From the NCBI GenBank assembly GCA_964430885.1, contig CAYSHM010000005.1, positions 1 through 64,000 of the forward strand: a stretch of 64,000 nucleotides of DNA, in the 5' to 3' direction. Under the pieces are notes generated by a model. That model was not told the DNA's origin. It worked only from the letters and a program-made list of their open reading frames with translations, and did not search any database. A program made the translations under genes and the position numbers. Origin of the DNA: an uncultured archaeon (GTDB taxonomy: Archaea; Thermoplasmatota; Penumbrarchaeia; JASLWR01). Of the stretch, positions 57,162 to 64,000 are shown one piece after another; within the stretch, counting starts at the first letter, position 1; each line of letters begins with the position of its first letter.

Positions 57162-59111
57162 TTGATACAATATAGCAGAGAAAAAGGTAGAGGAGGCAGC
57201 AGCAGGCAGCACAGCAAACATCCCCCCCAGTCATTTCCATCTCTCACCGACAGGTTTGAGAGCGCCAATGCCACCATGGGTCAGATCCCGTATGGATTTC
57301 TTCCGGGAACCAACCAAAGTGCCTACAATTCCCATAACACTCTCTTGAACCTCAAGAACAAGATCAATAATCTTGAACGCATCGTTAGCCCGGGAATGGT
57401 GAAAGATGGGATAATACAGATCTTGAAGAGCAATTCTCAGATAAAGCCGGGTTTTTCCGCCTCTTGGGTTATACCTGATGCCCCTCCTAATACCGATTTG
57501 GTGAAGCAGTACAAGGTTGGAGATTCCACAATTTCCATTTATCTGCTCCCGGAAGGTGTCGAAGCACTCTACCATGTGTTCCCTTCCGATTACGCCATCC
57601 CCGAGGTACATATGAGATTGATCGAACTAACCAGGAGAGAACTTATCTCACACTATCCTCATTCTGTTGAACTGACTAGCCCCGAGAGAGCTAGAGAATA
57701 CGTCAGAAAGTTCGGAAGAAGATATATGTACCGCCTAGCTAAGAAATACAAGGTTCCTCTAGGAGAAAGCCGGGCAAAGGAATTGAGGCAGCTGAAAAAA
57801 TTATCTGATATCTTAGCGAAATATTCAGCGGGTCTAGGAATAGTGGAAACGCTGCTCCGGGATGAACATGTTCAGGATATATACATAGATTCACCAACAC
57901 CCGAGAACAAGATATATGTTGTTCTGGAGAGCGGGATGGATGAACGTTTATCCGGTAAATGCATTACAAATATCGTACTTAGCAAAACGGACACCGAGAG
58001 CCTGCTCTCCAGATTCAAATACGAGAGCGGAAGGCCCTTTTCCGAAGCTACACCCCTATTGGAATGCAGCCTTAAAGAGCACCATACCAGGGTTTCAGTC
58101 ATAGGCAAACCCCTGAGTCCCTCAGGTACTGCAATTGCCCTTAGGAGGCACTCAACTGAACCCTGGACCCTTCTTAGACTGATCGATCTCAATTCCATCA
58201 CCCCCCTGGCAGCTGGTCTTATATCATTTCTAATCGACGGAAAGGCAACAATTCTAATTGCCGGATCCAGAGGAGCAGGAAAAACATCATTGCTCAGCGG
58301 CTGTCTTTTAGAATTCCCACGGAGCCAAAGGATCATAACAATAGAGGACACCCTGGAATTGCCGATTTCAAAATTACAGAAACTGGATTACAAGGTACAG
58401 CCAATGCAGATACAGTCTTCACTTGGAGGATTCTCAGAACTCACGGCCAATGATGCACTGAAGATTGCGCTGCGTTTGGGAGAAAGTGCTCTGGTGATCG
58501 GTGAGGTAAGAGGTAAAGAGACCCAAACCCTCTATGAAGCTATGAGGGCAGGAACTGCGGGCAGCTCGGTTCTCGGGACATTCCACGCGAATTCTGCAGA
58601 AGCAGTTTTCGAAAGAATCGTATATGACATGAAAATATCTGCAAAGTCATTTGGCGCTACTGATGTGGTAATAGTAACGAATTTCGTGAGACCAAAGGGT
58701 ACTCATAAAATGATGAGAAGAGTAACCCAAATTGGCGAGTTGGACAAGATCAATTCCGACGGTACCTTCCACAACATTTTTCAGTTTGACGAGGATAAGG
58801 GTAAACTCCTTGAAACCGATGTGTTCCACAGCACATCTCATCTGATAGCACGTATCGCAGCATCCTGGGGAATGAACATGGGGGAGGCCATACAGAATAT
58901 CATTACCAGAGCTACCATTAGAAAGATCGCTGTTGATTTCGCCAGAAAGAACAACCGTCCAGACATTCTCTCGGCTGATTGGGTACAGAAGATCAATTCC
59001 AAATTCTGGGAACTCCTGGACCGCCAGTACTCCTCAGCCGGAAAGATCAATTACAAGTTATTGATTAAAGATTTTACAGATTGGTTCGCAAGGAGCGCAG
59101 CATATGCCTAA
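57162..59111 (+). CDS. Type II/IV secretion / type IV pilus assembly ATPase (VirB11/TadA/FlaI family)
   Basis: Walker A GSRGAGKTS, ITIEDTLEL, LRLG..LVIGEVRG, GTFHA. Start uncertain (TTG 57162 or a downstream ATG). Confidence 0.92.
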   Translation: MIQYSREKGRGGSSRQHSKHPPQSFPSLTDRFESANATMGQIPYGFLPGTNQSAYNSHNTLLNLKNKINNLERIVSPGMVKDGIIQILKSNSQIKPGFSASWVIPDAPPNTDLVKQYKVGDSTISIYLLPEGVEALYHVFPSDYAIPEVHMRLIELTRRELISHYPHSVELTSPERAREYVRKFGRRYMYRLAKKYKVPLGESRAKELRQLKKLSDILAKYSAGLGIVETLLRDEHVQDIYIDSPTPENKIYVVLESGMDERLSGKCITNIVLSKTDTESLLSRFKYESGRPFSEATPLLECSLKEHHTRVSVIGKPLSPSGTAIALRRHSTEPWTLLRLIDLNSITPLAAGLISFLIDGKATILIAGSRGAGKTSLLSGCLLEFPRSQRIITIEDTLELPISKLQKLDYKVQPMQIQSSLGGFSELTANDALKIALRLGESALVIGEVRGKETQTLYEAMRAGTAGSSVLGTFHANSAEAVFERIVYDMKISAKSFGATDVVIVTNFVRPKGTHKMMRRVTQIGELDKINSDGTFHNIFQFDEDKGKLLETDVFHSTSHLIARIAASWGMNMGEAIQNIITRATIRKIAVDFARKNNRPDILSADWVQKINSKFWELLDRQYSSAGKINYKLLIKDFTDWFARSAAYA

Positions 59112-61158
59112 AAAGAACGAGGGCTTCAGCTTTCCCCCTACACTTTATAGCCGAATGGCAAAAACAATCAATTCCGTTCTATTTCCAAACAATGAGAAAA
59201 AGGAAAGAAACGACCTCATAGAGAGAAAGAAGAAGTTCAGGGAAGACAACAAAAGGTTCAATCTGGCTAAAAAAAGATTCAATAAGATACAGAGTGATTT
59301 TTCAGCCACTTCACACACCTATATTAGAGAAGAGACTCGATTCCTAAGAGAAAGAGAACGATTCTTTAAAAGGAAAAAGGAACTGCATGATATTTCCCTA
59401 AGAAAAGCCCTTCCAATGGCTAGAATTGATCTCGAACCATTCGAAGTCCGCAGCTTTTCCAATGCCGTGTTCGCCATTTCGATACTAATCCTCCTGGCAT
59501 TAACACTTCCCCTGATTCTAATAACCCAATTTGATCTGCTATACATCATACTCTCACTTCTGTCGATCATGTTGATCCCAGGACCTTTGGCCCTATATAT
59601 TGAGAGTTACCCTTTCATAAAAGCAAAGCGTTTCAGGTCTCAAACAGTTGGAAAGATGCCCCAAGTTGTTCACCACCTATCCCTATCAATGAGATTATCA
59701 CCGTCCCTCGACAGAGCTGTCAGGTATGCTGCAAAGAGCGCTGATGAACCAATGGCATCAGAACTCCAAAAGGTGCTTTGGGACGTATATATGAGAGAGC
59801 ATTCATCAATAGAAGAGGCCTTTTTGGCCTTTGCCCATGACTGGAATGATTGGGATGAGGATTTCAGCAGGGCCCTATACATGATCAGAAGTGCAGCTCT
59901 TGAAAAGGAGAACGAAGGCATTAACAGGGTTCTCGATAAGGCCAATGATATCATTCTGCAGGGCACAAAAGGAAAACTCAAGAAGTTCGCCTCCGAACTT
60001 AAAATACCATCCCTCGTCCTGTTCGCCATAGGTATTATGCTTCCTCTGCTTGTTGCTATATTGCTTCCGGTCCTCGGCATAGGCAAAGAATGGACCTGGG
60101 TGGTTATCGGAATTACTAATGTCCTACTGCCGCTTCTGATATTCATCTACACATACTATATATTGGGAAAAAGGCCTGAAATGAGAACCACTCCAGACAT
60201 GAAAAGCACCCTTAAAAGAGGACAGATTGCCTTGGTGGTAATATTCTCCTTACTAATAGGAGGAGGATTTTTTCTATTCGGACTTCACATGATAGATAAG
60301 CACATACTATGGAGTGTTCTTCTGCTATGGAGTGTCACCATACCCATTATACTATACTGCTTCATTACGAATCTTGAGGTTAGAACAAGGGCAAAGGCCG
60401 TTAGGAAACTCGAAACCGAATATCCCGAAGCCCTATTCCAACTGGGCAACCGCATTGCCGAAGGAAAACCATTTGAAACCGCCCTTGGAACCACCGCTTC
60501 AGCCATGAAGAATACTCTGATATCTAATTTCTTTAAGAAAATGTCCTACAATCTCCGGACCATTAGACTGCCTATCAAGGATATTCTCTTCGGATCAAAA
60601 GGTCTTCTAAAGGATAGTCCCGCCAAAACTATCAAGAATACCATGCTTACCGTTGTCGAGGCGGTGAAGAAGGAACCAAATACTGCGGGCAAAACTATCA
60701 TACTCATATCGAACTACCTTGCTGAGCTCCATGCTGTTGAGAAGAAAATGAAGGAGAAGATGCATGAGGTCACCGGTATGATGAGCCAAACTGCCGTATT
60801 CATTGCTCCGGTTGTTATCGGATTTACAGTTGTATTATACAAATTGATGAGTGTAAATATCCAGACCTACGAGGTTCCCAGCGATATGGACGTCAATCTT
60901 ATGGGAATGGGGCAGGATACCATAGCACCATTGGCAATGTCCCTGGCCCTCGGCCTTTACTTGGTTCAGTTAGTAATAATAATATCCATATTTGTGAGCA
61001 GGGTCAATCATGGAAGGGACAATATTGAGCTAAAAAATACTCTGGCAACATATTTGTTGATATCCATGAGCATATATTCCTTTATTGTATTCACCGTTTT
61101 CCTTATTGGAGGAAGTTTCATTCCTGAAATCAATAATTCAATACTCCTAAACATATAG
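59104..61158 (+). CDS. T2SSF/TadBC-like pilus platform membrane protein
   Basis: Two repeats of a cytoplasmic domain plus TM block (LSPSLDRAV; EALFQLGNRIAEGKPFE). Overlaps the ATPase stop. Confidence 0.82.
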   Translation: MPKKNEGFSFPPTLYSRMAKTINSVLFPNNEKKERNDLIERKKKFREDNKRFNLAKKRFNKIQSDFSATSHTYIREETRFLRERERFFKRKKELHDISLRKALPMARIDLEPFEVRSFSNAVFAISILILLALTLPLILITQFDLLYIILSLLSIMLIPGPLALYIESYPFIKAKRFRSQTVGKMPQVVHHLSLSMRLSPSLDRAVRYAAKSADEPMASELQKVLWDVYMREHSSIEEAFLAFAHDWNDWDEDFSRALYMIRSAALEKENEGINRVLDKANDIILQGTKGKLKKFASELKIPSLVLFAIGIMLPLLVAILLPVLGIGKEWTWVVIGITNVLLPLLIFIYTYYILGKRPEMRTTPDMKSTLKRGQIALVVIFSLLIGGGFFLFGLHMIDKHILWSVLLLWSVTIPIILYCFITNLEVRTRAKAVRKLETEYPEALFQLGNRIAEGKPFETALGTTASAMKNTLISNFFKKMSYNLRTIRLPIKDILFGSKGLLKDSPAKTIKNTMLTVVEAVKKEPNTAGKTIILISNYLAELHAVEKKMKEKMHEVTGMMSQTAVFIAPVVIGFTVVLYKLMSVNIQTYEVPSDMDVNLMGMGQDTIAPLAMSLALGLYLVQLVIIISIFVSRVNHGRDNIELKNTLATYLLISMSIYSFIVFTVFLIGGSFIPEINNSILLNI

Positions 61159-61367
61159 AAATAATCCGTCATTAACTAAATATCGTTCTATCTGGAATAT
61201 GGAGATTATTTTCTTAGGTCTGCTGTATCAATCCATTTCAATAGCTAAGTCATTTTCTGTACTAAATGATAAAATATTGGACATCAGTATTAAATATTAG
61301 GTAAATTATTGGTAAGTCTATTGTATTCGTCCAATGAAGTGGAATTGGACATAATGAAATTAGTTAG

Positions 61368-61991
61368 GTGGATGCCCCTATGATGGACAGAAAAAGAAGT
61401 ATCAATAAATTCCGAAATGACCGATCGGGTCTGACAGGATTGGCATTAAGAATATTCATAATGGTGATAATAGCTGGAATTTGTCTTGTAGCTATTGTAG
61501 GATACATTGTTATGTCCAAACCGGATCTGGACGATATTTCCTATGAACCCATTCTTATCGGAGGATATGAAGGATATACTATCTGGTGCAACTGGACCGA
61601 AAGCACAAACGCTTCAATATTCAAACCCAATCCGGGAGAACACTGGTATGCAGGTGCAAGTCTTGCAAGCAATCATGTACCTAACAGTAATCTATACAAT
61701 GCCAAAATCACCATCATCTGCAGGGATGATAACAATAAACCCATGGCTGATGTCGATGTGGTGATATCCGGTTCAGGAGTACTGGACAACGACAGGACTA
61801 ACACCGACGGAGAAGTTACCCTGAACCTCAGGGGATGCTACCTTGGAGTTAACCAGGAACAGGGGAAGATAACCATCACAGCCAAATATGATTCAACCTT
61901 CGGTACCCAGGAAAAAACAAAGGAGATCACTGTTCTAGCCGGGGCAAAGACCCCTGATGGAGAGGTCCCTGAATCACATTACAATCAGTAA
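61368..61991 (+). CDS. Archaeal pilin-like protein (class III signal peptide)
   Basis: KFRNDRSG/LTGLALRIFIMVIIAGICLVAIVGYI followed by a beta-rich domain. Lies downstream of the ATPase and platform genes. Confidence 0.72.
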   Translation: MDAPMMDRKRSINKFRNDRSGLTGLALRIFIMVIIAGICLVAIVGYIVMSKPDLDDISYEPILIGGYEGYTIWCNWTESTNASIFKPNPGEHWYAGASLASNHVPNSNLYNAKITIICRDDNNKPMADVDVVISGSGVLDNDRTNTDGEVTLNLRGCYLGVNQEQGKITITAKYDSTFGTQEKTKEITVLAGAKTPDGEVPESHYNQ

Positions 61992-61996
61992 AAAAA

Positions 61997-62027
61997 TTAT
62001 CGGGAATTGGGTGTCTCAACCCGATAA
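61997..62027. terminator. Inverted repeat downstream of the pilin gene
   Basis: TTATCGGG...CCCGATAA flanked by A-runs. Confidence 0.4.
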
Positions 62028-62066
62028 AAACAATAATTCAATATCAAACAATTAGGAGAAATCGTA

Positions 62067-62600
62067 ATGGCCACCATTTCGAATGATGCAATAGAAGAAG
62101 CAAAGAGAAAGGCTAGCGGTCTGAGTGCCTTGTTGACTGTGGGATCATTACTCTCACTTGCAATTATCGGTTTAATAGTATGGATACTAAAAGATGATGC
62201 TTTAAGCGGCGGAGGTGCTTTCGGGGGAACAATGATAATTATTATTATGTTCGCTACCCAATTATTCCTTGTTTTCGCCATGATATTCTCATTTATGAGG
62301 AGCGGTTATGGATTAATGAGAATTTTTTTATTTATCAGTATCTTACCCGGTTTAGTCTTTGGTGTAATTGGCGCTATTTTTTCTGGAATAGCATTATTTA
62401 AAATGTCCGGGGCAAGGCTGGCTTACCCTTCTGAAGTCGAGAAGATCAAGAGACGAGAGGAAGCAAAGGCCAAGGGTAAGAAAAAAGAGATACTAGAACT
62501 CGAATGCCCCGACTGCGGTACCGAATTCAAGGTCAAGGATAAAGGTAAACGTCCACTGGCCATCAAATGCCCGGAATGCGGAGCCGAAGGCGAGATATAG
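62067..62600 (+). CDS. Small membrane protein with C-terminal zinc ribbon
   Basis: Three to four TM helices, then CPDCG..CPECGAEG. Confidence 0.8.
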   Translation: MATISNDAIEEAKRKASGLSALLTVGSLLSLAIIGLIVWILKDDALSGGGAFGGTMIIIIMFATQLFLVFAMIFSFMRSGYGLMRIFLFISILPGLVFGVIGAIFSGIALFKMSGARLAYPSEVEKIKRREEAKAKGKKKEILELECPDCGTEFKVKDKGKRPLAIKCPECGAEGEI

Positions 62601-62785
62601 ATCTCCTTCACGTCCAGCTAACCTAATACTCATAAAACCAGATGAACCTGCTCATCAATAAATTTCTCCCTCCCTCAGGCTGAAGTGAATTCATTCGTTA
62701 TTTTGAAATCAGAAGCTTAGTTGATCAATTATTGAATTTTGTAATGAATTACAAAAACGGTGTCCTAATCAGTTTCCTTCATTAT

Positions 62786-64000
62786 TCAACCCAGTAATGA
62801 TTTTATTACCCACGGAGCTGCTTTAGACATTGCCGCACCTATCCATACCATAAAAACAAAATTGAAACAAGCCGTATATTTGTGACCCGCGGTCACTATT
62901 ACCTGAATTAGTGATGTTATCGCCGCGTGGATTATTATAACGATGAATAATAGATTGATGAAAAAACTGACTGAATAGGGTTGGGTGAATAGGACCTGAA
63001 CATCCAGATAGTTCTCATTGACACCGGATTCTACCACTAGGTCACTCAATATATCCACTAGGCCTGCAGCCATGAAGAACACTATGCTGATGACTATGGC
63101 GATGCCTATGAATATACCTGACAGTGACTGTGCAAGGGTATAACGCCTTTTACGCAGACCCAGTATTTTAGTGAAATTGTAAGAAATAATATTAGATGAC
63201 TCTCCGGGTTTTCCGCCTGCCTTCAGACCCCTAACAAACATACTGGAGAACTTTGTAATAAGATCAGAACCCGTTTCCGCACCAAAATAGCGCCATGAGG
63301 AAAATGGATCTATTCTCATTTTTAATCTTGAGTATAGTGAATTTATATTTTTGGTCAAAGGACCGAAATCATGTCTTCTCAACCTCTTTAACGCTGCAAC
63401 GGGCACAATGGAACTGGTCTCAGATGTGGAGCCTAGTGATCTAATAAAAGCCGGGAAATTATCATCCCTTCTTATTACCTTGGATTCCACACTTTTACTG
63501 TAGTATCCAGATATTATAAGAGGGGAAAATGTTATTGCCATGCATATTGGGAATCCCAGTTTGAAAATGGGCTCGATCACGATAAAAACCAGCAATCCAG
63601 TTACTGCAGATACTACCAGGGATCCAATGAAATAATAGTTCAATAGGACCGACACCTTGGTTTTTATATCGGTATCCTCCCAGACCCGCTCCCTGGGAAC
63701 ATACGCTGAAAATACATATAGCATGAGGGCCTCAACAGAGATAAATAGTATAGCAGACAGAACAAATAGCGTAGTAGTATTGATACCTATAATAAAGGGA
63801 ATCATAGACACTATCAGAATAATAAACGCCATAACAATCGTAATAGCGATGAAAATTTCGGTCACCATATCTATGGTATCAGCGGCCTGATTATAGAGGG
63901 ATTTATATTCCTCGAAAATTATTTCCTGCTCTGCAGTGAAAAAGGTCTTGGAATCCTCTCCTGCTTCCACGCCGTAGGCCAGACGTTCTAGGAAATCTCC
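62786..64000 (-). CDS. flaJ: Archaellum assembly platform protein FlaJ/ArlJ (5' part outside the window)
   Basis: Frame stays open to the window edge (GDFLERLAYGVEAGED). RRDDNFPAFIRSLG, HDFGPL, LYSRL, WRYFGAETGS are typical FlaJ motifs. Confidence 0.85.
   Translation of the reverse strand, partial: GDFLERLAYGVEAGEDSKTFFTAEQEIIFEEYKSLYNQAADTIDMVTEIFIAITIVMAFIILIVSMIPFIIGINTTTLFVLSAILFISVEALMLYVFSAYVPRERVWEDTDIKTKVSVLLNYYFIGSLVVSAVTGLLVFIVIEPIFKLGFPICMAITFSPLIISGYYSKSVESKVIRRDDNFPAFIRSLGSTSETSSIVPVAALKRLRRHDFGPLTKNINSLYSRLKMRIDPFSSWRYFGAETGSDLITKFSSMFVRGLKAGGKPGESSNIISYNFTKILGLRKRRYTLAQSLSGIFIGIAIVISIVFFMAAGLVDILSDLVVESGVNENYLDVQVLFTQPYSVSFFINLLFIVIIIHAAITSLIQVIVTAGHKYTACFNFVFMVWIGAAMSKAAPWVIKSLLG

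Overview
Gene-dense archaeal window, most likely an uncultured Thermoplasmatota (inferred from FlaJ/ArlJ, a class III pilin, GGTGA-type Shine-Dalgarno sites, NosD-type surface proteins and a gingipain-like peptidase). I saw no rRNA, tRNA, CRISPR array or transposase. Layout: 1-6 kb highly charged low-complexity proteins, including an amphi-Trp protein missed by the ORF track. 6-13.5 kb anchored surface proteins (beta-helix and two prenyltransferase-repeat barrels). 13.8-19 kb amino-acid catabolism (split LKR/SDH, tdh-kbl). 19-29 kb housekeeping genes, including a presenilin with eukaryote-like motifs and a zinc-ribbon insert. 29-54 kb a cluster of exported proteins: M6 metalloprotease, a membrane-anchored N-acetylmuramoyl-L-alanine amidase, a 1965-aa YD/RHS protein coupled to two adhesin-like genes, and a C25 peptidase. 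56-64 kb a type IV pilus-like operon converging on flaJ. The best candidate for a new system is the YD/RHS operon. It has a signal anchor, no RHS autoprotease core, an antimicrobial-peptide-like cationic amphipathic C-terminus and no immunity gene, and it lies next to a peptidoglycan amidase. This suggests an archaeal surface-tethered antibacterial or scavenging apparatus (inference). All calls come from motif recognition by eye; no searches were run.
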